Assembly: GCA_029953675.1 (NCBI GenBank)
Contig: JAMWBK010000007.1
Coordinates: 1,302,001 to 1,366,000, forward strand
Direction of reading: 5' to 3'
Origin: Rhodosorus marinus CCMP1338
Lineage: Eukaryota; Plantae; Rhodophyta
DNA length: 64,000 nt
The notes beneath the pieces are model-generated. The model searched no databases and was not told the origin of the DNA. It saw only the letters and a program-made list of their open reading frames with translations. Shown here piece by piece: positions 34,603 to 45,179 of the stretch; the stretch's first letter is position 1; each line of letters opens with the position of its first letter. The translations under genes and the position numbers were made by a program.

Positions 34603-37600
34603 GTCGAGGATTGGGGTATTGTTTCTTTTTCGGTCGCGAGCGTGTTCGTTTACGGGAAGCGCTTCCTCTGGTACGCCTTCCCCTCGATTTTCCGCGGGGC
34701 ATCGTTTGCATTTGCAACTACTTCTGTCTTCCGGTCTGTCTTCCGGGTGGGTGTGTTGCGGGGCCCTTCCTATTTGGGTTGGGTTTGGTCGATTATTCTC
34801 TCGGTGTGGTATCATATTGGTGGTGCAACGTTTCCTTTGGGGATTCCCTCAGGATGGTAGGGATATCTCCGCGCTCGACGGAGCCTCCTCCCAAGGAGGC
34901 ACTGCCAGGTGGGGGACTCCGTGTTCGCCTCAGCTGCGGCACCTTTTCTTCCGAGGTTGACTTGGAAGGCGCTTCTGGCACCCAGGCGCGTGCACTTATC
35001 TCCGCTGTCACCAGCCTGATCACGGCTGCGAGTGAACGTGGAGTGCTCCCTCAGCTCACCCAGAAGCTAGGTGAGCTGGAATCGGGATTGCTGGCCAGGT
35101 CAAATTCAAATTCGGACGAGAATTTGAATTGCACCAGAGTGGCAGCGTTGGCCGAAGGCAGTCAACATCAGGTCAATCAACATGAACCTGTCCCGGGACA
35201 GGCGAGGGCGGTTGCTTCTGCGCGGGACAGTACGACGTTGGGGAGCGGCAGGCCGGGCCAAAACGCGCTTCAGCGCTCGGGGACTCGAGGCAATGGTGGT
35301 GGTGACTGTGCGGCAACCGGTGTGGAGGAGACTGCAGCTGTGGACTTCCCTCTCTTGGACCAGCCCTCAGGTGGTCACCAGCTCCCGGCTACTTCGGGGG
35401 CACATGGTGGCCGCAAGGGGGGCGCTTCGTACGCATCAGTCTTGCGGAAGGGCACCACTGCCACACGTACGTCGGCTATGCTCCGTTTCATACCATCTCG
35501 CGAGCCTCAGGATGGACCTGTGGAGACCACTCTCCAATTTCTGTGGGTGCGAAATGTCCGGCCCCAGACTACACGAGGACAGGTTCCGTCTATGCGAGAC
35601 TTCCGGGACACTTTTGCGGAATCGTTAGGGTGCAGCCGGGGTGATTTCTTCTTCGCAAACTATGAGGGCCGCGATGTGCTGTTTTTGGTCTCCGCAACCG
35701 CCGCCAAGTACCTGGAGGCCTTGCTGGCGAAGCCTACCGAGCAGTGGCCTGAGAGCGCCCGGTGGCTGCGCTGCAACCCGCAGGTGGTTTTGCACTTCGA
35801 TTTTGACCGTTTCTCGGGCAATTTCCTGTCTCCGGGAGAAACGGCAGGGCTCTCTGAGCATGAGAGCAGCGTGAAGGCGGCAGCGATCCATTGGCTACGG
35901 ATTCAGCGCCTTGAGAGGATCTTGTTGGAGCGGTTCCGGTCGGGCCCTCGTCACCTGCGCATGGCGGTTTCCAGTTTCTTCGATCTGGAGAGGCGACTTG
36001 TGCTGACTTCGCGCTACAAGACAGAGCTGCAGCGGGTGGGGATTTTGGAGGGCTCTGCTTCCAGCACTACTTCCAGCGAGAGTGGTGAGGCAGGGGAGCA
36101 GACTGAGGGCATGGCGGTGCAGGACGCCCAGGTTACTTTGCTGAAGCCCGCGGGATCCGTTCCGCGAGCCTCGCGGAGTGGGCGGCTCACGACTTTGGTG
36201 CGGATAGGAGGTAAGAGAGCGAGGACCGACTCCCCCGGGTCTAAGGGGAGAAGCACGATTAGCGCTCCAGGCACGGCTGCGAGGTCGCAGCCTATGGATC
36301 TACAGTCTTATGTCCTGAAGGAGGGCGGAGACTGGGGCATTTGGCGTACGCGTTTTCGGAGTTGGCTCCGGCGGTGGATTTCTTTGGAAGGAGGCTCGCT
36401 TCCCCTCCGTGGGGGCATTCCCCCAGTCGTCCTTCCTCGTGGAGACCTTCTAGTTGCTGGAACGATTCTCGATTTCATCTTCACGAGCCTGGCTCGCAAC
36501 ATTCGGGACACAGTCATTTGGGTTTTTCTGGGGGTCATGCCGCGCCTGATTCTGGCCCCCATTCACACATCGGAGCGCAGATGGCGAGTACGAGACCGAC
36601 TGGCCCTGTTCTTGAAGGGAGACTTCGAAGTACTACAGCGCAGCTATTTGGCGTCGTCAGCACCATCCGCCCGTCGGACTCGGCATGGCACAGTGTCGCC
36701 CGTGCCAGCTCGAGTACAGAAATTGGTAGCAGTGGGCGATTTAAGTCGAGCGGCGCGGGTTTTGGAGGGCCAGGCGCCTGTCCTCCCCTACGATGATAGT
36801 CTCGCCCAGACGGTGTCGTCTTTGTTCCCTGAGTCCGACGTGGATTTGTCCCCTGAATTCGAGGTATTCTTGGACCGTCCGGAGTTGGCCAGGTTTCGCA
36901 TCGATCTGACGCTCAGTAAGTCTGACCTGGAGGATTTGCTTCGTACCTCGCGTCGGGGACGCTGTCCCGGACCCTCCGGACTAAGAACAGAGCTATTGCA
37001 GGCCCTGAGCCAGCCTGGCAAGAGCGCGCTTCTGAGGATCCTTAACAAGTTGTTCCAGGGCGTATCGGGTGCGTCCGCGCCATGGGAACATCTCCGGCAG
37101 GCACAGCTTTGCTTGCTCACGAAACCTGACCACCAGCCGGACCACCCGCGTCTCCGGCCGATCGGGATGGTGGAGAGCCTACGGAAGTTAGCCGGGAGGT
37201 GGCTATGCCAGCGCCTTCGCCAGCGCGTCACAGCTTTTATGGCGCCCTTGCAAGTAGGGGTGGGATTCTCTGGGGGTTGTGAACTGATCACCCATGGGAT
37301 CGAGCTAGAACGCGCCAGTAGGCCGGAGTGGGGAGTCTTGGTGGTTGATTTCCGGAACGCATTCAACAGCGTGTCGCGGACGCATGCGCTAGAGGTGCTC
37401 CGACGTGTGTTTCCGGAGGCGTGGCCGTTTCTATCGGGTATTTACGGAGGGGAGAGCCTCCCCTACTTGACACCGGAGGGCACTGTTTTTCAAGCACATA
37501 CTGGCGTCCAACAAGGCGACCCTTGCGGACCTCTTCTTCATGCCTGTGCCCTACAGCTCGTACTTTTACGTCTTTCGACTGAGGTCTCGGATCTTCGAAT

Positions 37601-39426
37601 CTGCGCGTACCACGATGACGTAACATTGCTGGGCACCCCTGACACCCTGGCTAGGGGACTGACCGCGATCGAAGCGATTGCACGTCGCGTCGGTTTGACT
37701 GTGGAAACAGAAAAATGTCGCTTTCTCCCCCCGAGGGACGTGTCGCTGAACTCTCTGCCACCCACTCTGCGACTAATCAGCGAACGTGAAGGGTTCGAAC
37801 ACCACGGCGTCGGATTGGGGACTGACAACTTTGTCCAAGCATCCTGCGAGCGAGTTTTGGCACGGCACAAGCAACTCACCGACGCCATTGAGCACCTACC
37901 CGACAGCATGCTGCAATCGGCCTGCTTGCTTTCCCGCTTTTGTGCCGGTCCCAGACTCAACTACTGGTTGCGCAGCCTGCCTCCAGCTTGGGGCTCGTGG
38001 ATCGCGGCTAAAGCCGACGAAATGACCCTGCAACACTGGGGAACGCTCTTGGATGAGCCCCTCGATCTTGAAGCTGCTCCCGACAGGGACTTTATTCGTG
38101 CACAGATCGCTCTACCGTTGCGATTAGGGGGATTCGGCGTCGCAGACCGTGGGCTGGTATGCTCGCCAGCGGCGGTTGCCACCTGGGCTACCGCGCTGCG
38201 AACGTTGGTGACCTTCCAGATGCGAAGTGCCTGCCTCTTGGCTCGAGCTTTGACCAACGAGGATCCAGTGACCCTGCCGCCCCCGCTTTTGACAATTTAT
38301 GTTGGTCTTCAACACGCGTTCAGGAGGTGCAACGCCGTGCCGGACGCAAATCGGTACCGCTTTCGTTCCTGGAGGGAGCTGTTATGGGGACGAGCTGAAG
38401 CGATTGAGGATTGTCCCCTCGACCGAGTTCTTGCCGATGACGGAGAGGCTAGCCCCGGGTCCCCTGTTGCAGACTACCCGGGTTTGAGCCGATTGTGGAG
38501 CTCCCGCACTGATGTGATTCAACATAGCCTCACCTGGGGCCAACACAGTGCCGCTCACACAGTCATGCTCAATTCTCCTCTCACGCCGCCTACCACTGCC
38601 GCTCGTCTCCGCGGCATGGGAGGCCACCTCTCGCACTTGTGGTTAACCACTCTACCGTCGTCATTGAGTCATCGTCTCGATGCTTTCCAGTTCCGTTCTG
38701 CCGCACGGATCTATCTCGGTTTGCCACAGGCTCCGTGGCACTCTAATCGGCCGTCTTTCTGTCAGGGATGTGAGAGCCGGATTGACGCTTGTGGCTACCA
38801 CTTCCTGGGTTCCTGCGGACTGTTGCGAGGTCTCCGTACGAGGCGTCACACTCGCCTCAAGTACATCCTCAGCGAATTTTTGACTCGAATAGGGCATACG
38901 GTTGAGGTTGAGTCGGAACTGCCCAGATCCATCTCGGACTCTGCACCGCCCCGTTGTATAGCCGATCTCCTCGTCTCTGACGCTGCTGCCAGACGCTCAA
39001 CATATGTGGACCTTGCGATTACCTGCCCCGTGGCCAGCGCCCACCTCACCGCAGCCGCCCGCCGCCGGGGGGCCGCGGCTTCAGCCCTTCGAAGAGTTAA
39101 TGAACGACGGTATGCTGAGAGCATGGCCAGTCTGCCTTGCGCTGAGGGTCGCTCTCACCGGTTCCAGCCATTCATTGTGGAAAGCTTTGGTCACGTCGAT
39201 AAGTCGGGTTTAGAGTGGTTGCGGAAATGTTTTGCTGAGCATCCTACTGAATATTTGGCGCTCTTGAGGCGTTTAAGTGTCTCCCTTTGGCGATATTCCA
39301 GCGACATGCTGTCCGAGGCGCGCCATCGGCGCCTGGGGTTGCATACTTCCCTCCCTAGTTATTAGTTCATCTTCACGCCTTGCGTAGCGCTTCAGGCTAT
39401 GCTAGTAAAGTCCAGTAAAGTCCAGT
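34603..39426 (+). mobile_element. Full-length, apparently intact CRE-A non-LTR retrotransposon
   Basis: 5' region of ~250 nt, one uninterrupted ORF, short 3' UTR and reiterated TAAAGTCCAG tail. Confidence 0.95.
34854..39365 (+). CDS. CRE-clade polyprotein (~1503 aa): N-terminal region, reverse transcriptase, CCHC finger, restriction-like endonuclease
   Basis: First in-frame ATG is 34854. Motifs: RLRPIGMVESLRKL, QVGVG, VVDFRNAFNSVSR, GVQQGDP, AYHDD, LPLRLGGFG, CQGC...HFLGSC, RTRRH, ADLLV...YVD, FQPFIVESFG. Confidence 0.95.
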   Translation: MVGISPRSTEPPPKEALPGGGLRVRLSCGTFSSEVDLEGASGTQARALISAVTSLITAASERGVLPQLTQKLGELESGLLARSNSNSDENLNCTRVAALAEGSQHQVNQHEPVPGQARAVASARDSTTLGSGRPGQNALQRSGTRGNGGGDCAATGVEETAAVDFPLLDQPSGGHQLPATSGAHGGRKGGASYASVLRKGTTATRTSAMLRFIPSREPQDGPVETTLQFLWVRNVRPQTTRGQVPSMRDFRDTFAESLGCSRGDFFFANYEGRDVLFLVSATAAKYLEALLAKPTEQWPESARWLRCNPQVVLHFDFDRFSGNFLSPGETAGLSEHESSVKAAAIHWLRIQRLERILLERFRSGPRHLRMAVSSFFDLERRLVLTSRYKTELQRVGILEGSASSTTSSESGEAGEQTEGMAVQDAQVTLLKPAGSVPRASRSGRLTTLVRIGGKRARTDSPGSKGRSTISAPGTAARSQPMDLQSYVLKEGGDWGIWRTRFRSWLRRWISLEGGSLPLRGGIPPVVLPRGDLLVAGTILDFIFTSLARNIRDTVIWVFLGVMPRLILAPIHTSERRWRVRDRLALFLKGDFEVLQRSYLASSAPSARRTRHGTVSPVPARVQKLVAVGDLSRAARVLEGQAPVLPYDDSLAQTVSSLFPESDVDLSPEFEVFLDRPELARFRIDLTLSKSDLEDLLRTSRRGRCPGPSGLRTELLQALSQPGKSALLRILNKLFQGVSGASAPWEHLRQAQLCLLTKPDHQPDHPRLRPIGMVESLRKLAGRWLCQRLRQRVTAFMAPLQVGVGFSGGCELITHGIELERASRPEWGVLVVDFRNAFNSVSRTHALEVLRRVFPEAWPFLSGIYGGESLPYLTPEGTVFQAHTGVQQGDPCGPLLHACALQLVLLRLSTEVSDLRICAYHDDVTLLGTPDTLARGLTAIEAIARRVGLTVETEKCRFLPPRDVSLNSLPPTLRLISEREGFEHHGVGLGTDNFVQASCERVLARHKQLTDAIEHLPDSMLQSACLLSRFCAGPRLNYWLRSLPPAWGSWIAAKADEMTLQHWGTLLDEPLDLEAAPDRDFIRAQIALPLRLGGFGVADRGLVCSPAAVATWATALRTLVTFQMRSACLLARALTNEDPVTLPPPLLTIYVGLQHAFRRCNAVPDANRYRFRSWRELLWGRAEAIEDCPLDRVLADDGEASPGSPVADYPGLSRLWSSRTDVIQHSLTWGQHSAAHTVMLNSPLTPPTTAARLRGMGGHLSHLWLTTLPSSLSHRLDAFQFRSAARIYLGLPQAPWHSNRPSFCQGCESRIDACGYHFLGSCGLLRGLRTRRHTRLKYILSEFLTRIGHTVEVESELPRSISDSAPPRCIADLLVSDAAARRSTYVDLAITCPVASAHLTAAARRRGAAASALRRVNERRYAESMASLPCAEGRSHRFQPFIVESFGHVDKSGLEWLRKCFAEHPTEYLALLRRLSVSLWRYSSDMLSEARHRRLGLHTSLPSY

Positions 39427-39519
39427 CTAGGGACACATTTATAAATTCGCGTGTCTGCCGGTTTTGGACTTTTTGAGGAATTGAAAATGAGTGAATGAGT
39501 TTATTTTCATAATTGTTTT

Positions 39520-39835
39520 TATTGAATGAATGATTTTTGTTTTTTATTGAACGAATTTTTGGTTGATCCGAGGATGAAAGAAAACCGGAGGGGAAAAAAA
39601 AGACGAAGCGCGGCAAAGATGGGGGCCCCTCCGACATCGAACCAGCGTTCATACGCCACAGTAAGAAACTTGCACAGATAAGCAACGACGACAGATGGTC
39701 AGGGCGGTTCACGGAACAATTCCCGAAGCCAACGAGAACCAACTGAATCCATAAACGCAAAGCACTCAAGCACCAGAGGTACCAGACGACGAGCTAGAGC
39801 CGATCCCTGGGGAAGACAAAGCCGGCGCATATTTC
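39520..39835 (-). mobile_element. Divergent CRE-C' 3' fragment, head-to-head with the next element
   Basis: Similar to but diverged from 2321-2610 (ICASFLLWRMNAGSMSEG...). Confidence 0.82.
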
Positions 39836-42800
39836 ACTATGCGTGTTCTCTCGTGGTTTTCGCACCTTGTCGCCTCCTACCCGGACGGTTCCCTTCCCCT
39901 TTGTCGTCAGAGCACGGCCGTACGGCTCCCTCGTCGACTTCATAAGCCCCTAGGATTGGTGTTGGATTTTCTCTGGCAGCAGGTCGCCGCGAACCCTCAC
40001 TGCTCTCTTCGCTGGGAACTCTTGTTCTTTTTTCCCCGCCTCGTGCTCACCTCCTCTACCGTCCCCCTCAACCCACATCCTCGCCGGGTCCACCCTCGCC
40101 GAAAACTGCAAATGTTCCTTTCCGGCGACTTTGAGGACCTCGAACGTTTTTATTTCGCTTCTCTCTCTTCCTTTTCTCCTAGTGCTCCCTCAGCTTTTAG
40201 GTCTTCTCGACAGAATCGGGCGCGTCACGCGGTGGCAGGCGGTGATCTGCGGCGGGCAGCCGGGATCCTCCAGCAGCGGCAACCTGTGGTTCCATACTCT
40301 GATGATCTTTATTCACCGCTCCGTTTGCTCTTTCCCTCGGAAGGCTCCCCTTGGGACTCCTCGTTTGAATCAGTGTTGGAAGAGTACCGCGCCGCGCCAC
40401 ATCCCAGTGCGCGGTTAGTGGTCAATCTGGAGGCGGTGCGTGAGTTGGTTCATGATGCTCCGAAGGGCCGTTCCCCAGGGCCCTCGGGGCTGCGGGTGGA
40501 ATATCTCCGTTTCTTAAGTGATGAAGGTTTGAAGGCGTTGGCGTGGGTGGTCGAAGCGCTTGTGAATGGTGATCCCCTGTGTGAGTGTGCGTGGTTCTTG
40601 GTCGGGCGTTCTCAGTTGTGTCTGCTTTCGAAGCCCGGCCACACGGCCTCGAGCCCTGCTATTCGCCCTATTGGCCTGGTTGAGGTGGTCCGCAAATTGG
40701 CGGCGCGATGGTTAGTGAAAATCCTGGTTCCCGAATCCCGCCGTTTCTTTGGGCACGTGCAGTTAGGCGTGGGCTATCGTGGTGGCTGTGAGTTGTTGTC
40801 TGTTTTACTCCGTTCGGAAATGGCGTACTCCCCAGATTCTGGGCTCCTCTCTGTAGATTTTACCAATGCGTTCAACCGCGTCTCTCGTCCGGCTCTCATG
40901 CACGTGGTGCGCGAAGTCTTCCCTGTAGGCTTTCCCTTTGTTAGTAGACTTTATTCTCCGCTTGGTCGTGGGGCTACCTATGACACCCTTGGCGCTTCCT
41001 CACACACGTTTGCGGCGCGCACAGGGGTACAACAGGGTGATCCCTTGTCCCCTTTCCTACATGCCTGTGGACTACAACTCGTCTTGCTTTGTCTTCGCTC
41101 CGAATTCCCGCAGGTTCGTACGGTTGCATACCACGACGACGTGTGCCTCCTGGGGCCCCCTGATACTCTAGCACTCGCTTATGATCGTCTCCGCTCCTTG
41201 GCTTCGCGGGTTGACCTGGAGGTTAATCATCACAAATCGTTCTACTGGGGAGGTGTAGCTGCACAAGAGCAGCAGGTACCTGCGTCGTTCCAGGATATTT
41301 GGAGACCGGATGGTTTTGTCCACTTAGGCATCCCCTACGGGTCGCCGTCCTTCGTTGAAGGCGAGTTGCTGCAGCTCCTCGGTAAGCACAGACAGCTGGT
41401 TGCAGAGCTTCGACGGCTACCTCCGGGCTTTCTCCAGTGCTCGTTGTTGCTGTTTCGGTATTGTTGCAGTCAGCGGTTAACCTATTGGCTTCGCTCACTT
41501 CCAACTCATTGGGGCCGGTGGTTGGCCACTCGTGCGGATGCTGAAAGTTTCCGTGACCTGGGGTATTTTCTCGATGAAGAGCTGAGCGCTCTGCCGCGAC
41601 CCACCTGTGATGTTGTGCGCGCCCAGGTAGGCCTCCCATTGCGATTGGGGGGACTGGGCCTCTGCAATCGTGTTGTGGTCCAACCTGCAGCCGCAGTAGG
41701 GGCCTGGGGAACCGCACTTCCCACTTTGAGCAGCTTGGGTATCTCGAAGTTCCGCAATTTGATGGCGAGCCTCTCGCGGGGTGTCTTGCTTCCCAGCGTA
41801 CCGGAAAGCGCCCAAGACTTGTTTCTGGAGCTCCAAACCGCCCTGAATTCCTGTACTAGTCTCCCCGAAACCGTTCAACCCCGTCTTCCTGACTGGCGAG
41901 CTGTATTTGACCGCTCTCGAGGCTCCGCCCCGGGGATTCGTCCTGCGCCTGAACCTGTTCTAGGGAGATTGACCCAGTGGTTGCCGCAGAAGAAGAAGTT
42001 CCAGTTGATCCTCCTGATGATTCCCAGCGCGCTGGGAGCCGAGCTCAAGCACGCACGGATGCGCTGCAAAATATCCTTTCTTGGGACTTGCACCGTGCTG
42101 CATATGGCCGACTCCTCGCGCAGATGGTCTCATCTTCTCGCGCTCGCGCCCGCCTACGTAGTCTTGGAGGGGTTATTAGCTCTCAGTGGCTCATGACCGT
42201 ACCAGCCTTTCCGCCACTCACACTGTCGGATTTCGAAGTGCGTACTTCACTGCGCTTATACCTCGGCTTACATCAGCCCCCTTGGCCGTACGAGATGGGT
42301 TCGTCGTGCCCTCTCTGCTCTCAGACTGAAGACAACGCAGATTTTGGCGCCCACCTGCTCGCTAGTTGCCCGGCGGTGAAAGGTGCTCGAACCCGCCGCC
42401 ACACACGGATCTTGAACCTGTTATACCGGGAACTTCGGCCTATAGTCCGGCAAGCCGGTCTGGAAATCGAACGTGAGAAACCTTTACCCGTCACGGACTT
42501 TCAAAATGATGAACGCCGTGTAGCCGACCTGGTGATCACCTGTGACGACAGCCGCCGTACCACATACGTTGATCTTGCTGTTCCTAACCCTCAAGCTAGT
42601 CGTTATCTCCCGGCTGCGGGGGAGCGCCGTGGATCTGCCGCCGCCAGCATGAGACGCCGCAAAGAGATCAAATACGCGGGGGCTTTGTCTTCCCCTGGTG
42701 TTCGTGCTTCGGCACTAGCACATCGCTTGGTACCCCTGATCATTGAGTGCTTTGGGTTCATGGACTCTGTTGGTTCTCGCTGGCTTCGGGAGTTGTTCCG

Positions 42801-42960
42801 CGAACGCCCTGACCGTCTTCAATCGTTGTTTACCCGCTTAAGTTTCCTGCTGTGGCGCATGAATGCCGCTTTGATGTTGGAGGCGCGAGTACTTCGCCGC
42901 GCTTAGTCTTTTTTTCCCCTCGGGGTTTTTTTTTCAGCCTCCGATTAAACCATTCGTTCG
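39836..42960 (+). mobile_element. 5'-truncated CRE-C with RT and REL; one frameshift near 41960
   Basis: ORF 39839-42196 (AIRPIGLVEVVRKL, SVDFTNAFN, GVQQGDP, AYHDD, LPLRLGGLG) and ORF 41977-42906 (CCHC, REL). Tail CCATTCGTTCG. Confidence 0.93.
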
Positions 42961-43137
42961 AGATAGCGATAGAAGTAGTGTTACGCTGCAGTAGGCAGCT
43001 ATCCAGTTTGGGGTTACGTTAGTCTGGGGTTTACTAGCATAGCCTGAAGCGCTACGCAAGGCGTGAAAAGGAACTAAGAACTATGGAGGGAAGCGTGCAA
43101 ACCCAGGCGCAGACGTTAGTCTGCGGTGGGGTAAAAG
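42961..43137. mobile_element. CRE-B 3' UTR and tail (+), short CRE-A 3' end (-), and more 16-nt repeat
   Basis: GTTACGCTGCAGTAGGCAGC...GGGGTTACGTTAGTCTGGGGT to 43030; reverse CRE-A end 43031-43110; GTTAGTCTGCGG and GTTAGTCTGGGG after it. Confidence 0.82.
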
Positions 43138-43709
43138 TTTATGGTTAGTCTGGGGTAACAAGGACAAATATACGGTGTGGTTTTATTAAGGAAAGCTTTA
43201 TGGTCGAGAAGACGCTGGGACAGTAATCGAATACCAAACAAAGACTCCATCTGCTTAGAGGCCCATTTCGATGAGATACGGAAAGATTCTTGATTTGGCT
43301 ATTTCTGTCGAGAAATCCAAAGAATAGGATATCTAGGGGTATTCATTTGTAAAATTTAAGGGATCCTTTTTTAGATTAGGATGCACGGATCGTCGCAAGT
43401 ACAGGGAAATACTGTGGGCTATGGTCCCGCTTGGAGGGCATGTGGGACAGCTCGGAGCTCGAAAAATCGCTTGGTTCACGTCCCAATGGCTCACGTAGTA
43501 CATGTGCTATTTCCTGGTGGTTTTGCTAGCAGAGCCCTCGGTTGATACGGGCAAGCAGATAGAAGAGGCTTGTAAAACTTGCCGGGACAAGGTTTGATTC
43601 GAATGATCGAGCATTCTGTATCGTGAGAGGAAATGATCTGCAGAATCTGCCTCCCAACGGGCAATTATTTCCCGAGTTACGCTTTCTTTGAAGCGTCCAG
43701 ACCTCTCAA

Positions 43710-43823
43710 CCCTCTTGATTTCGGAAAAAAGATCCCAATGCAACCCCGGACTAAGGTCGCCCCAGACTTACGTAGAATGTCCGCGACGAAACGCCCTGCA
43801 TCTCTGTTCCGAAATCAAGAGGG
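43710..43823. repeat. 17-bp perfect inverted repeat enclosing two degenerate 16-nt repeat units
   Basis: CCCTCTTGATTTCGGAA (43710-43726) and TTCCGAAATCAAGAGGG (43807-43823). AACCCCGGACTAAGG...CCCCAGACTTACGT at 43742-43773. Confidence 0.75.
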
Positions 43824-44032
43824 CTAAGACGCGTAAACGTTTCAAATGAACCCTTTGCAAAATCAAGGGGCCACAGAACCCAGAGACCACCTCCACCACC
43901 CAGTCGTCCGAGTACGACAGCTGCAAAGTCATTCCAAGACCGTCCTCTCCGCCAGTGAACAAATCATTGTGTACAATGGCTGAAATCATCATCGCTGTGC
44001 TTAGTCCTTTTTCCCCGTGGCAGCTATTTATT

Positions 44033-44260
44033 TCATCCTCCGATTAAATCACTTTCTGGCCAGTTGCTCAGCGGTAAAAGGTGCTCGAACCGCCGCCACA
44101 CGCGAATTCTAAACCTGTTATATCGGGAATTTATGCCCATCGCGCGCCAAGCCGGTCTTGAAACTGAACGAGACAAACCTTCACCGGCTGCAGAATCCCA
44201 AAATGCTGAGCGTCGAGTTGTCGACCTCATAAGCTGCGACGATAGCCGACGTACTAACCA
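44033..44260 (+). mobile_element. Decayed CRE-C fragments
   Basis: CCTCCGATTAAA tip, then RRHTRILNLLYREF...RRVVDLISCDDSRRT. Confidence 0.8.
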
Positions 44261-44289
44261 TAAGTGTGAGAGACGGCCTCCCACGCCGA

Positions 44290-44850
44290 CAGACTGGCTT
44301 TATTGTGTCATTTAGTCCAACTACCGAATGTAGCGCTAGAGATATTAGAGGAAAACAGGAGAGGCTAGGCTAAGGAGAGGGCGGGTTAGAAGACTACTTT
44401 CTAGAGGGAACATCGTCCGAACATGATTGTCTTTGCGGATGGCATGGATTGCCAAGCGAGCCGTGCCACGCCATAGCTCTCCATTAAGGTCCACGCGCAC
44501 CAGCGTTTGCGCGTCCGCTTTGTGCTCGAGGTGGTCAGTAGTTTCGGTAATGAAGTCTTGGGCCGCTTGGCCAAGTCGTCCAAACGCTTCGATGGCGACA
44601 GGTTCAAACTGGAAGTCATTATGGTCTCCGATAGCATCCCGATACTTGGCTCGTTTCCCGGCCTCAGCGTTGGCCGGGGCATAACCAGAGTGACATGCGG
44701 CTCGAACGAGGAGATGGGCCCGTAATGGGGATTCCACCTTGAAGTGATGACGTACTGCTTACCTGTGCGATGATGAAGAACGAAAATGTCCGGGCGGAGA
44801 CGACTGCTCTCAAAAAACCCATAAGGGTCGACCTGAATGTCGGGAAGCTT
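44290..44850 (-). mobile_element. CRE-B4 (divergent B-like) REL and 3' end
   Basis: RLRPDIFVLHHRTGKQY, KRAKY, FEPVAIEAFGRLG. Ends AATAAAGCCAGTCTG. Confidence 0.8.
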
Positions 44851-45130
44851 TACTAGCATAGCCTGAAGCCCTACGCAGGGCGTTAAAAGGTACTAAGAAC
44901 TAGGGAGGGAAGCGTGCAAGCCCTGGCTTCACTAGCATAGCCTGAAGCGCTAGGCAAGCGTGAAACGAAAACTAGCAACCAGGGAGCGAAGCGTGCAAGA
45001 CTCTACCAGCATAGACTGAAGCGCTACGAAAACAATGAAGTGGAACTAAGAACTGCGGAGAAGAGCCCCAAAACACTGGCGGCAATGGCGCGCCTCGGCG
45101 AGCATATTGCCAGGAAAGCCAGAATATAGA
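44851..45130 (-). mobile_element. Three stacked short CRE-A 3' ends
   Basis: ACTAGCATAGCCTGAAGC-type ends at ~44852, ~44931 and ~45005. Confidence 0.8.
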
Positions 45131-45179
45131 CCAACCAACCGGTGTCCCAGATCCCAACTGACACCAGACCCCTCTAAAT

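Noticed and set aside
34611-34853. TTG start giving the 1584-aa ORF
   Set aside because: The host is eukaryotic, and the A' paralog aligns only from the ATG at 34854 (29775 in A').
34603-34853. HDV-like or hammerhead ribozyme in the CRE-A 5' UTR, as in R2
   Set aside because: I could not find the required paired segments or CUGAUGA/GAAA cores by eye. An Infernal or RNAMotif search is needed.
39830-39841. TATTTCACTATG shared with the flank of the CRE-C tail at 2309-2320
   Set aside because: A single 12-nt match, partly formed by C' sequence, with no support from other C junctions.
43140-44000. Possible transposase or integrase remnant (SCPTC, LPVSTEGS)
   Set aside because: Motif matches are too short and not in a coherent order.
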